64,000 nt of DNA, from assembly GCA_043228905.1 (NCBI GenBank), contig JBHGNT010000006.1, positions 16,554,001 through 16,618,000 on the forward strand. Direction: 5' to 3'. This DNA comes from Azolla caroliniana. Its lineage: Eukaryota > Plantae > Polypodiophyta. The notes under the pieces are model-generated. The model saw only the letters and a list, made by a program, of their open reading frames with translations, did no database searches and was not told the origin of the DNA. This document shows positions 46,380 through 59,287 of the stretch, one piece after another. How positions within the stretch are numbered: position 1 is the first letter of the stretch; each line of letters begins with the position of its first letter. A program made the translations under genes and the position numbers.

Positions 46380-49300
46380 CGCAATAGGTCGAACGTTCGA
46401 CTCGGAATGTTCGATCAAGAAGAATGTGGTACGGAAATAGACTGGTTGACACTAGTCCTATACTCAGATTGTGGAGTTTGGCCCAAATTCTCCAGTCTAA
46501 TTTCACCACTATCATTCATACACATCGAGTTGTACCACGGTGTCAATCTGATGGTTGTCATATTCCTCCATAAGGTGTGTAATCTCCTCCCGATAGCTTG
46601 CAACAAGCTCGTACATATCTCTAACAAGGTCCTCCTGGATGGTGGTTATAGCTGCGTTGTCCAACTTGAAGAAACCTAGGCCTTGTTTCTTCCTGTTCTC
46701 CTAGTCGGCTTGGAGAAGTTGCAATTCGGCCACTTGTGCCGACCATGTCTTCTAGCATTTTTCCAGGGAGTTGATTACTATTCTTTGTGTTTGAGCCTTA
46801 TGTGAAGACAAAAGGAGGCACACTTTCTCCTCGCCCATGCTCACTTTATATTGCATTGTGGCTAACTCTTTTCGTATTTTCGGCAGGGGAGCTTCCGCCG
46901 ACCCTTGGTCGAACATTAGCTTCGGCTTTGGCACCAATAGTGCTAGGCGTTTCTCTTCATACTTGGCCTCGTGATTGCTGTACTTCTTAGTTATTTCGTT
47001 TTTGTCCAGATTGAGTTGTGCTTTGTGTTGCTCGTACTCCAGAGTCCATACGCATCTCCGACTTTTCAAGCACTAGCTTGGCCATTTCGTCGGCATAATA
47101 TTCCTCTTGTATATGAACGTATTCTTGTAGCTCCTCCACCTTTTCTTTCTCTTGCTTCGTCTCCTCTCTCTGTCGTTCTACTTGTTGTTTTAGGGCATGT
47201 ATAGCTTCATCCTTGGCCTCCAGCAGGGCCCTTAGCTTGGTCGTCGCTAACTGCATACAATCTGCCATCATCCTTTTGCCTTGGCTTCTTCTGCTCTTTG
47301 ATTAGCCCGTTCGACCTCCTTCTCCGATGTTGCCCTTTTGCATGCTTCGGCGATGTCTTTCGCCACTCTATTAACTCTGGCGTAACTCCTTATGTACTTC
47401 GACGAGGGCCGTGTGAAGAGGGGGCATTTAAATCGCCTGACCCCTTATTTTTCGCATCGCGTTGTCGGCCAATTCTTTGGAGTTCTTTTGAATCTTCTTT
47501 CGGGTCAATCACACCGAGCATGGCCTTCTGGATCATCTCCCGATCCTTGTGCTCTTGGACCAATAGGTCAGATGCGTACTGCAACCTCTTAGCGAGCCAA
47601 TCCACCAGTTCGTATGATTTCCCAAACTGTAACAGGGCCGCGAATTCATGGGCCGCAGGTGGTACCTCGGGCAAGCCAAGGAGATCATTCAGGGACATTG
47701 ACAATGTTTTGCCCTTTTCCACAGTTTGTCCCTGGGCCTGTTCGACCATGTCGACAGTGGGTGGTTTAGTTCGTAACGGTTGCTCGGTGGCCTACAGGGC
47801 ATCGACCCTTTGTTGCTTGATCGATCAACTCTCCTCCGCCTGCGATTGTTTGGGTTGAACGCATTGGCTGGTTTGCGTTCTCCTTAGTTGCTCTGGTTGG
47901 GGTTCATCTGGTTGTTGTTCAAGTACGGTTTCAGATATCAGCTCCTATTGATGTTGAGTGTCGGGTTCAGGTTTGGGTTTGGGGTTCTAGATCGGCTCCG
48001 GTTGCTGCTGGATTTTGGGTGGTGTTTGTTGTGTGAGTTCCAGGTCCTGCCACTCTTCTCGTGGGATTGTTCTATGGACCGATGGTGCCGACATCGATCA
48101 TGACGACTGCCCCTCCTCCTTTCTTGGGCTCTTACTACGCTGGTTGTAGGGGCTCGGTGTCAAACAGAATATAGTAAACCATCGAGCAAAAATTGCCTTC
48201 ATAGGCTTCCCCTTCTGTACCCCGTGCAACTGCTCTCAGAGTGCGATACCCATGATATACTCTCAGTCTATTGTTTCCCCTTCATAGGTTGCGATTATGA
48301 ACCAAACCCCTTTGTTTGGGCATACAATAGGAACGCGGACTAACACAAGCGACCTCCAAAAGAAATTTTGCCACATCGTGAAAAAATCGGTCGTCCCCTC
48401 CCTGAGTCTTATAAGTCTTTGTTGATGAAGAATGTTCACTGAAGTATGACTGCAAAATTTGGTGTTGCGAGTATCCATTTCATCATACCCCTCTTTATTT
48501 AGATTAAGAAACCGACGCACATGTTTATTAGTGATTCTGTCGACGTAGATTTCCTTGACTATGTCTTTCGCGTGAAGATAAGGCTCTATGTCCGCAATTC
48601 GAAGATACCCTTCTAGGCCTTTTGTCTTAAGCCATTGGCGCAGACGCTCTAATATTTGCATCGGCATGTCATTTGCTTCTTCTGTGTGAACGACTTCGCT
48701 ATTGTCGGTGCTCGGGGTGTGCTATTGATCGACTGTTGTTGTCTGTTGTGCTCGTTGTTCGCCTGTGTGAGGATGATCTTTGCTCTGTTCGCCTATATTT
48801 TCTTGTGATTTTCTGTGACAGAGAAGGTAGCCAAAAGAGTTTTTGTGAAAAAGTGGTCTATTTTTCGAGATGGAACATTATAAAAATAGAATATGCTATT
48901 AATAGCTCTTCAATAGCCACCATTCGTAATGAATACTGAATCATAAGCGTACTTGTCCATATATAGTCTAAAAGGGACAGTGCCAAGAATTAATGATGAC
49001 AAGATTGATTTTCTGTTACGGTTGTTTTCTGCCAATATTTCTTTTTCTTCTTTTTCTCTTTTTCTCTTTTCAATTTTTCTTTTAGTTTTGTTTATTTATT
49101 TATTTATTTAATATTTACAATTATGTCCTATTAGTTGACTATGATGGGGTAGTCGATTTCGGCGTCTTTTTCGAATGGGTTTGTCAAGGTTGGTCCCTAC
49201 TAGGGCTTGAGTCGGAAACCATTAACCCATTTAGGAAAGACTTCCCCAGCCAATGTTCTGACTTGATAAGTGTCGTTGTTGCTATCGACAATCCAATATG

Positions 49301-50090
49301 GTCTAGTCCATCGAAATCTCAGCTTCCCTAACATGGCCCCCATTTTTGTTTGAAAAACTAAAACCGGCTTGCCGAACTCGAACAACTTTTCCTTGTTATG
49401 TCGGTGTCGATCGACAAACTCCTTAGTTCTTCTCTACTTCTCTACTTCTGCTCCAATTGACACATTGCCTATAGTCGACTTTCCTCCAGCAACAACAGTT
49501 GTTCCTTCCGAATCCGTTTCTACTTCTCTTGGTCGAGTCATTCGGTGACCTGTACCTGGAGTGTCGGAACCTGAAATTCAATCATCATGACATTTGGAGC
49601 GGAGTCGACTTGATCATTGTTTTGTATGTGGTGCGAAAGGCTCATAAAGCACTATGCAGCTTCTGATCCCATTCGGTGCACCATATGTATTCGTACTGAA
49701 ATTTTGTTGTCGAAGCAACCGTATTATCTCGAAGGGCTTTGGCTTTGACCCATTTTGTGTAGTAGTCGGTGGCAACTATGACATATCTATTTCTGGTCCT
49801 TCCCGCTACAGGTTTGAATGGTCGACAAAGTCATGACCCCATTTTTTTGAATGGTTCTAATGGTAGTACTAGTTGATGCGGCATGCGATCCCGTTCACTT
49901 GGTTGACTGGTTCATTGACACAAATCGCATTGTCGGAAATAGTCGACTGCATCTTTCATAGTGGTTAGCCCCCATAACCCACTATTCCAAATCTTCCGAG
50001 TTGTCGTCTTACCAGCATAACAACCTCTAGCTATCCTGCAATGTGCCTCACGCAAAATTGTCACCTTCTCGAACTACGCAACGCCATATG
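46380..50090 (-). pseudogene. Athila-like remnant: degenerate integrase (49200-50090) and downstream extra ORFs
   Basis: FGKPVLVFQTKMG...LRFRWT.PYW...KWVNGFRLKP matches 4228-7140. FIIATYEGETID at 48263 matches MVITTYEGIKVD. Confidence 0.8.
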
Positions 50091-50221
50091 CCATTGGCTC
50101 CTTTTGTCACATCTAGACTCAAACCTTTGACCTATAACACGCCCAATACTTAGTATTAGATAAACCATTTGAAAACCCTTAAGTTACATGTAAATTGTAT
50201 AGTCAAGCATATGCTACATTC

Positions 50222-50502
50222 AGAATATTCTAGTCTTTAGTATATTCTAGAAATATTCTAGTCTTTAGTATATTCTAGAAATATTCTATGGTATATTCTA
50301 GACAAGTATATTCTAAAGATATTTTTTGGGGTATATTCTAGGTGAACACACATATATATACAAATTATGAGATTGAATATCTCTAGAATATACCTGTCTA
50401 GAATACACCATAGAATATCTCTAGAATATACCAGAGAAATATCTCTAGAATATATACGTCTAGAATATACCATAGAATATTTCTAGAATATAATAGAATA
50501 TA
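50222..50502. repeat. AT-rich foldback built from TATTCTAG/CTAGAATA modules
   Basis: The arm at about 50268-50341 is the near reverse complement of about 50421-50490. Confidence 0.8.
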
Positions 50503-50762
50503 CCGTCGCTTCATTAATGGGTTTTCCACCCCTAGCTCGACCGCCCTCACCCACAAAGGTACTCCCTTTTTATGGACCTCAGCGGCACAAAATGCATTCG
50601 ACTCACTCAAACACCCATTCATCATGGCCCATGTGCTTCTACATGCCAACCCCGCAATATCCTTCCAAGTCCAAATCGACGCCTCTGACTTCGCAATTGG
50701 CGCCATCTTATCCCAAGATGACGACACCAACATAATACACCCAGTGGCCTTCTACTCCCGCT
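50497..50762 (+). pseudogene. Gypsy (chromovirus-type) RT thumb and RNase H fragment
   Basis: YRRFINGFS...FQVQIDASDFAIGAILSQ...HPVAFYSR. Confidence 0.8.
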
Positions 50763-50989
50763 TGGCCTCACATGCCTTCCGGGACGCCGCGCTTCCTCTT
50801 CCCGGCGCGTAGCCCGTTGCTCTCCACGCACCTCCTCCGGTTTTGAAGACATAGCCTTCCATGCTCGTCGATCATCTGCTGATACCGGCACCTCACCGCT
50901 CCGTCTCTCGCCGTGTGCATTCCTCGCAAAGGCTCGTATGTCCTCCGGGTGCGCTCCCGATCTCTCCGATCGCACTCCAGATTCCGCCC

Positions 50990-53900
50990 TGTAAAGAGTA
51001 ACGTGCGGAAGCAAGTATGAAGACCGAACAGAAGGAAGAAAACTCAGGTTTAATGGAGAGCTTGAGCTTACGCAGTATACGCTGGAGAGACAGAGAGACC
51101 GAGAGAGTGATAGAGAGAAAATACAAGAACTATATTCAAAAAACTCTATTCACCATTCTCAATACATGTGTGTTCAATGAACACTTTTATACAAGTCCTA
51201 GAAGGACGGACCGAAGTACTGATAGTACTTCAATGCTCACTAAGAGATCCTACACTAACTCCCAAATATATTCCTCACGGAATATCTTTCCTAACGGCCT
51301 CCCGGTTTACGCACCGATCCGGCCCTACCTATGCACCGGTCTGCGTACCGGTTTACGCATTCGGCCTAACAGATCGGTCCCAACCGATCCGGTCCTCGGC
51401 TTCTTCAGCCGATCCGGCCGATGTTGAGCTTGTCTCTCAACACTCCCCCTCAAGCTCAACTTGAGACTCTTCGGGATCTTCAGGCTCATAGCTCCGGTTC
51501 CTCCTGGCTTCACGCCTTGCTCACGCTCCACGACCTGTTCGACTCCGCGCGCTTCGACCCTTCCGGTCGGCTTGTCTGCTCATGTGGCCCTCATCAGCTC
51601 TTCTGCTGTTGCGGTGTTGACGCTTCTTCTGCTGCCTTTTCTTCCCCTTGGGCCTCGATTGATTCAGCGTGTCTGAATCAAACATCCGAACCAACTCGGC
51701 TACCTCCGATTGGTTTTCGCTCTCGTCCGAGTTGGCTGTCTCCAACTCGTCTTCGGTCTTCTCGACCTCGGTGGCGTCATCTTCCCCATGCGTGATTGGC
51801 TTCAGCTCTCTCCTTCGGTTGCTCCCCTTCTGTCCTCTTCTGAACTTTTCCGCGGGTCCGCCCTCCGCTTCTTCTACCGATCCGAAGTCGAACTCGACAA
51901 CCGAGTCAACCGACTCGGTGGTGTCGCAGTCTCCGCTCCTTTCCTGCTGCCTTGCTTGGTCATTCGGGACTGTTCTCCCCCTCAAGTTTGGAACGTCGAG
52001 GTGACGCAATCCGAGCGCACCTGAGAATTGCCGCAACTTGTCCAGACAAAGAGGCTTGGTGAAGATGTCGGCAGTCTGTTGATCCGTCGGAACGTACTGA
52101 AGTTCGACTTCACCGAAAAGGACACGCTCACAGATGAAATGGTAGTGCACCTCAATGTGCTTGGTCCGTGCGTGGAAGACGGGGTTCTTCGCGAGTTGGA
52201 TGTTGCTGAGGTTGTCGCAGTAGATCGTCGTTGGATCGGACACCTCCTCTTGCAGGTCCTTAAGTAGCCGCTTCAACCATATGGCTTCGCATGTCGCGAC
52301 AGCCGCTCCTCGGTACTCAGCTTCGGTGCTCGGCAGTGCAACTGTCGGCTACTTCTTACTACTCCACGCTATCGCGGCACTCCCGAGGGAGAACGCCTAT
52401 CCAGACGTGGATCGGCGATCGGCGGCGTTGCCAGCCCAATCAGCATCGGTGTAGCCGACTAACTGCACGGCTGCACTGGTCCGATATAGCAGTCCCCAGT
52501 CCTTAGTGTCGTTGACATACTGAAGTATGCGTTGCGCTTACTGAAGGTGCTCCTCGGTAGGTTGCGCCATGAACTGATTGATCACTCCGACCAGATAACT
52601 GAGGTCGGGTCGGGTGATGGTCAAGTATATGAGGCTTCCGACAATTTGTCGAAACCTCGTCGGGTCGCATACCTTTCCCGTATCGGGACGAAGCTTCACG
52701 GTTCTGTCTAGAGGAGTCGAGACGGACTTACAATTGGCCATCCCGAATTTGAAGAGCATACTCAGCACGTAATGACGTTGGCTGATCAATATGCCTTCGG
52801 GGGTACGGATCACTTCGATCCCGAGGAAGTAATGAAGGTCCCCCAGATCCTTCATGTCGAACGATGCCGCAAGCTGGAGCTTCACGCGATCGATTTCACC
52901 GAGGTCGGCGCCGGTGATGACCAAGTCATCAACATATAGTAAAATACTAACCGGTCCAAGTCGACCTTTCCGGATGAACAGGGAAGAGTCCGATTTTGAC
53001 GTGACGAAGCCCATCCGACGCAGTTATTGCGTGATCTTTGCGTTCCAGGCATGCAGGGCTTGCTTCAGTCCGTAAAGGGACTTCTTCAGCCGGCATACTG
53101 TCCAGGCGTTCGTTCCGGAGTGAAATCCGGGGGGTTGTACCATGTACACCTGTTCCTCAAGGTCACCTTGCAGGAACGCATTCTTTACATCCATCTGACG
53201 TAAGTGCCACCCCTTCGCCGCAGGTACTGCGAGCAAAACACGGACGATCGTCATTTTCGCGATCGGCGCAAATGTCTCATCGTAGTCGATGCCGTGTTTC
53301 TGCGCGTAGCCCTTTGCCACTAGCCGAGCCTTGAACCGGTTGACCGAGCCATCGGTGTTGTACTTGACCTTGTACACCCACCTACACCCGATCGGTTTTA
53401 CCCTTGTTGGTGCGCCAACCAGGTCCCAGGTCTCGTTCTCCGCCAATGCGTGCATCTCTTCCTCCATTGCGGCACGCCGATTCGCGTCTTTAGCCGCTTC
53501 TGCGTAGCTCTCCGGCTCACGCACTTCCGCCACATGGGTCATGTACGCATAATGATGCGCCATGTACTCGTTGTATCCGACCCGCAAAACAGGATTCTTT
53601 TGGCGGGTAGATCGGCGTAATCTAGCATTAGCTGATGTTGAGGCCTTCTCGGTCGACGCGGACTTCACCTTTAAAGACCCGTCACCGGTTCCCTCGGAGT
53701 CGGACTCGCGTCGGTCTAACTCGTTCCTATCCGTGCCGGAATCTGACACCTTCTTCCCTTTCTCTTTGCGCGTAAGCCGTCTCCTCGGCTTCCTGCGCGG
53801 GGAATGCACGGCCGAGTCTCCACTACTCGCCGGCTCTTCATCGGGCTGGTCATACCGACTCAGTCGTCCAATCAGTCCACTCGGTCCACTTAAACGGAGT

Positions 53901-56723
53901 GAAATCAGACTCTCTTCGCGAGTCTCGATTTCGGGCTCATCCGGAGGCATCTCGGCCTCTCTTACCTCATCGTCAAAGCTTGGATTGGAGTCGGGGTTCG
54001 AAGTCGGGGGCTGGTACCAGGACACGGACTTGTCAAACACAACGTCGCAGCTGACACGCGCTTGTTTGGTGCGAGGGTTATAGCACTTATAACCCTTCTG
54101 CTCGTCCGAGTAACCGACCAAGATGCATTTCTCGGCCTTTGCGTCCAGCTTCCTCCTTTTCTTCTTCGGTACATGCACATACGCAATGCTACCGAACACC
54201 CTCAAGTGTCACAAGTTCAGCTTCGTTCCGAAATATAGCTCGTGCGCCGACACTTTGTCTCCGATCCGGTTTTGGATGTATACCGCGGTCCTTACCCCCT
54301 CGGCCCAGTAGAACTTGGGCAAGCTCTTCTCCTCCAGCATTGCCCGTGCCGCTTCCACAATCGACCGATTCTTCCTCTCGGCCACGTCGTTCTGCTCCGG
54401 CGTGTATCTACAACTGAATTCGCGCCGAATTCCCATTTGTTGTAGATAACCGTTGAATTGACCAGAAAAGTACTCTTTCCCGCCATCCGACCGCAGGCAC
54501 TTGATCTTTCGTCCCATTTCCGTTTCCACGAACCCTTTGAGGTCCCCAAAACAGTGAGGTAGATCCAATGAGGTAGATCCACGTGTTCCGCGTGTGGTCG
54601 TCGATGAAGGAGACGAAATATCGGCTCCCGCCAAGACTAACGTTTTGTGCCGGCCCCCATACATCAGAGTGTATAAGTTCGAGCTTGTTCCGGCTCCGGT
54701 TTCGCTCGTTGGGGAAAGGAAGTCGGTGTTGCTTCCCGAGCTGGCAGGCTTCACAAATTTGTGCCTTTCGGCCACTAAATTTGGGCAATCCTAACACTAC
54801 CTGTTTCGATTGCAAATCTTGAAGCCGCTGGTAGTTGACGTGGCCTATCCGCTTGTGCCACAAGTCGATGTCCGACTCGGATTTTTGTCCCTTCGCGAAC
54901 ATTGCGGTGCCGCTGTCAATGAAGCACCCGAGGTGTGTAAACCGAACCTCCATCCCTTGGTCGACGATCTGTCCGACCGAGACCAAGTTCTTCGTGATTG
55001 TCGGAACGTGCAGCACGTTCATGAGTTTCCCTTTCTACCCGACATGGCTAAGGGGAACTTCTCCGACATTCGCGATCGGATGCGCAGTGTCGTCTCCAGT
55101 TGCGACTACTCCAGGTTGTATCGGTTTTTCAAGGTACGAGAACCACTCCTTATGACTCGTCATGTGGTTTGACGAGCCGAAGTCTACGTACCACACCTCG
55201 TCCGATCTCGGGGTGGTCCGTTTCATTGAGTTTGCTTCGTGTCTCGTCACGAAGACAGACCCTTCTCTGGCTCTCCCGGAGTCTTCGGCGTAGTGCGATC
55301 GCTGCCGATTTCCCTTGTCGGTATGTCCGGAGCCGTTTCCCGAACCGGTTCTCTCCGAATCGGTGCGCTTCTTCCAGCACTCACTTTCCCTGTGGCCTTT
55401 CTTGCCACAGTACCAGCACTCCGCGATGGCCTTCCCTTGCCGGTTCTCATCGCTTCGACTCCCCCTGTTTCCGGAGGGTCCAGAGTTGCTGTCGGCATCA
55501 CTTCGGTGCCTTCTTCCTTGATCTCGTCGGCCGCCTCCATTGCGCGCCGACTCGCCTCGTCCTCCACGTCCACGGGGCCTTTCTCCCTCCGTGTACAGCA
55601 TTCTGCTATCAGTGTGCATGCTTGTAGACGCACCCGCGTGGTTCTCCTCTACCAGGAGCATTGGCTGTAAGTCGAAAAAGGATGGTGTATTCTCCCGAGT
55701 ACACACAGCCGTTCGGAACGCTCCGAACTTCGACGCCAAACCTCCGAGACAGATCTGGACCATCTCGCTCTCCTCGATGTTCACCTCTATGGAGGCGAGG
55801 GAGTCACAGATATCCTTAATCTTCGAGGTATAGTCCGCCACTGACAAGTCGCGTTATTGTAGGTTGTTCAACTCCTGTCGGAGCTGAAGCTTCCTGGCTG
55901 TGGTGCTCGCGGCGAAAATCTTCTTCAGATTTTCCCACACACCCTTCGGCGTCTTTGCATCCCGAACATAGTTTAATAGTTGTTCGCTCACACACGACGC
56001 GAAGCAGTATAATACCCTGCTCGCCGATTGCTCCCACGACGGGAAGTCTCTGTGTGTCGATTCGGGTGCCGCGTCATTAGCTCCTTCGACATAACTCCAG
56101 TAGTCGTGCCCGAGCAGGTACTAGTGCATCTTGTAGGACCAAGACGCGTAGTTGGTTCTGTCGAGCTTCTCTGTTGGAAGCGAGCTCACCATGCCTCTAT
56201 CCATCGTTCTTCTTGTTCTTCTTCGTCAAGCTGTGTCAGCTGCGGAGAGGTTCTCAACCCTCGCGCTCTGATACCATGTAAAGAGTAACGTGCGGAAGCA
56301 AGTATGAAGACCGAACAGAAGGAAGAAAACTCAAGTTTAATGGAGAGCTTGAGCTTACGCAGTATACGCGGGAGAGACAGAGAGAGTGATAGAGAGAAAA
56401 TACAAGAACTATATTCAAAAAACTCTATTCACCATTTTTAATACATATGTGTGTTCAATGAACACTTTTATACAAGTCCTAGAAGGATTGACCGAAGTAC
56501 TGACAGTACTTCAATACTCACTAAGAGCTCCTACACTAACTCCCAAATATATTCCTCACGGAATATCTTTCCTAACGGCCTCCCGGTTTACGCACCGATC
56601 CGGCCCTACCTACGCACCGGTCTGCATACCAGTTTACGCATTCGGCCTAACCGATCAATCCCAACCGATCCGGTCCTCAGCTTCTTCAGCCGATCCGGCC
56701 GATGTTGAGCTTGTCTCTTAACA
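50990..56723 (-). mobile_element. Full-length Ty1/copia family A element, mildly degenerate
   Basis: LTRs 50990-51442 and 56277-56723, PBS TGGTATCAGAGC 56265-56276, PPT 51443-51453, TSD cgccc/caccc. Confidence 0.95.
51521..56204 (-). pseudogene. Gag-pol of copia family A (stops and frameshifts) with long C-terminal tail
   Basis: CWYCGKKGHRESEC, LWHKRIGH...[34 protein letters not shown]. Confidence 0.93.
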
Positions 56724-56728
56724 CACCC

Positions 56729-58487
56729 TTTTCGTGTTGCATATGTTCCTCCTTTGGTTTTATCGTCTCCGCATGCCGAACACCTCGGTGTGTTGACTCT
56801 TCTTGCTCCGCGCTTGCCTTCCATAGGCTCTTCTCGTGCGCCGATGTTGTCCCCCGAATATGCACTCATTCTTTTGCCCTTAGGCGACCCCATTCCGCGT
56901 TCCTTGCCTCTCCTTTGCCCGTCGTGCTCTCTCGTCGTAGAGCGTACCGTCATCCCGACCTCCGTGTCGGTGTCCCTCGAGGCTCTCGTTACCGCCTCGC
57001 CTCGACTTGCGCCCTCTTGGCCTGCTTGGCCTTGCATGCCCTCCGGGAAGCTGCCGCGTCTCCTCTTCCTGGTGTGTACCCCGTTGTTCTCCACGCACCA
57101 TCCTTCGCTCTCGTCGTTCATCCGCCGATCCCGGAAACTCACCGCTCCGTTTCTTGCCGCGTGCTTGTCTCTCAAAGGCTCAACCTGTCCGTCGTTGCCG
57201 GTCACTCGTTGCCGCTCTTCCGGGTGCATACTTGCTTCTTGGCCCTTTGCCATCCGTAGTGCATGGTCCGTTTTACGCTGTAGTGCATACTTCGAATTAC
57301 GCGCCTCATCCGTCGTAGACCCGACCCCCGCGTCGGTTTCTTCGTCATTTGTTGCCGTAGCCCCTTCCAACTCCGGCTTGCCGTCTGGGCCATGCTCGTC
57401 CGTCTTCACGCACCGAGTACCTATTCCGGTAGCCTCGTCCGTTCCAGTCTCCGACTCCTCGCCGCCACCCGCCGTCTCTTTGGTCTTATGTTGATCCGCA
57501 ACCACCGAAGTCTCAAGAATAGGTGTGAAGGGTTCCTCTTGCTCTCAGTCTTCTGCCAAGCCGTAATCACCGTGCCCGGTTAGCCTCCTTCTCGTGCTCA
57601 CCGGCTCCCACCGGGTGTTGTGGCCCATTCGCCTCGACCTCCAATCATGCCGACTTAGCCTTCGCCCGGATTGGTCTCGGCCGATCGAGTTCCGGTTTGG
57701 TCGGCTCCCTTTCGTAATCGTAACCGGCTGGTACATGTTTGTCCGCACAAATCCGGCCTTGCCGTCTCTTCTTCGGTTCGGGCCCGGTTGACCGGACCCC
57801 GCTCCAATCTTCTTCCGCCTCGTCTTCCGGTCGTGTCGGATTATCGACCGGTTCATTTTCCAGTCGGGTCGGTTCCCGACTCTCTCCTCCTTGCCGTTCC
57901 CGACCTCTCCGTCGGTCCTCTTGTATATCCCCGTTACGGGCCTCACATCCTCATCTTCGCATGTGTTCGCTCTGAGCCATGCCTCCTCACAGCCACCATC
58001 CTTCTCTCTGGTCTTATGTTGGCATTCGAGCGCAACCGCCGTAGTCTCCGGCCCCGGTGTTGAGGGGTCATGCCTCCGTTCGCTCCCATCTCCCTCGTCG
58101 TCATTTCGGTCACCCGCTTTGCCGTCGCCACCTTCCGTCTCTCCGGTCTCACGTGGGCTCTCGGCGCCAACCGCCGAAGTCTTTAGAATAGGTGTGGGAA
58201 AAGTCTCGGTACCATCACTCGCCGATGTCATGTTTGTAGCCACCTTCGTTCGGACGCCGTGGTCCGTGGCTATCTCGTCGCTGGTTACGCAAGCCTTGGT
58301 TATGCTTGCTACCTCCTCATCCTCGTCCTCGTCTCGGTTGCTTGCCTTGCCACCGCCCGTCGCTCTAGGTCTCACACCGGCACTCGGGCCGACCGTCACT
58401 CGGCACTCGTTGTCTCTGTAGCCGTCTCCATCCAGACGTCGTTATCCGCGGGTACCCCGCGTCCAATCGCGCAAGCCTCGATTACGC
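56729..58487 (-). other. Unassigned GC-rich, low-complexity coding-like region (ORFs 57545-58399 and 56606-57505), contiguous with 50763-50989 before the copia insertion
   Basis: Long stop-free frames rich in T/E/G/D/R and four degenerate internal repeats. No recognisable domain. Confidence 0.35.
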
Positions 58488-59116
58488 TGTCGTGCCTTTC
58501 GGCTCCGGATCGTTGCGTGAGTCGGGTGGGAACCACAGAGGTCTTGGACTAGGAGAAAGAAGTTCGTGAGATAAAGATTAATTATGAGTAAATAGCAAAG
58601 AGAAAGATAAGAAACTCGTGAATCACACGAGTATACTATATTAATTGGTACTTAGGGTGTTAAGAGAGAAGTAGATGTATAAATCGTGAATCCCACGAAT
58701 AATTTTTGTATTCATTAATACTTAATCCAAATAATCAACAACCCTTTTACATATTTCTCTCCTCCTTATATAAGGAAGGAAGAGCTAAGCATGGCTTCAT
58801 GCTTTTTTTTTTATTACAAAAGTGTTCATGTCCACTAAATGTGCATGTGATGCTTTTTTATTTCCCAAGTATAGGGCTCATGCACGCTAGATGTGCATGA
58901 GTTATTTTTAGTGTCTCGTGTTTTTCATATATTAAAAAAAATACACGATTTACCTTTTAATAAAGGTATGCATAAATAAAGGTCTATATTTAAAACACTT
59001 AAGAAAAGTTAATGTAATGGTAAGGTTGGGGTTTGTCAACGTGGAGGTGCAGAGTTCGAATCACGCCCTGCGCAGTAGTGAGTATTTCCTTTCTTTTTAC
59101 ATTTATGTCTCTTTAT

Positions 59117-59222
59117 CCGTTTTCCTCCTTGCCGGTATGCCGTTTTCCTCCTTGCCGGTATGCCGTTTTCTTCCTTGCCGGTATGCCGTTTTCTTCCTTG
59201 CCGGTATGCCGTTTTCTTCCGG
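59117..59222. repeat. 23-bp tandem repeat (about 4.5 copies) in LTR U3
   Basis: Units of ccgttttc(c/t)tccttgccggtatg. Confidence 0.9.
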
Positions 59223-59287
59223 TTCTTACCGAGCACTCCATTCTCTATCCGGAGAGACAAAAATATAATTTCCACATAGTGTGCAAC

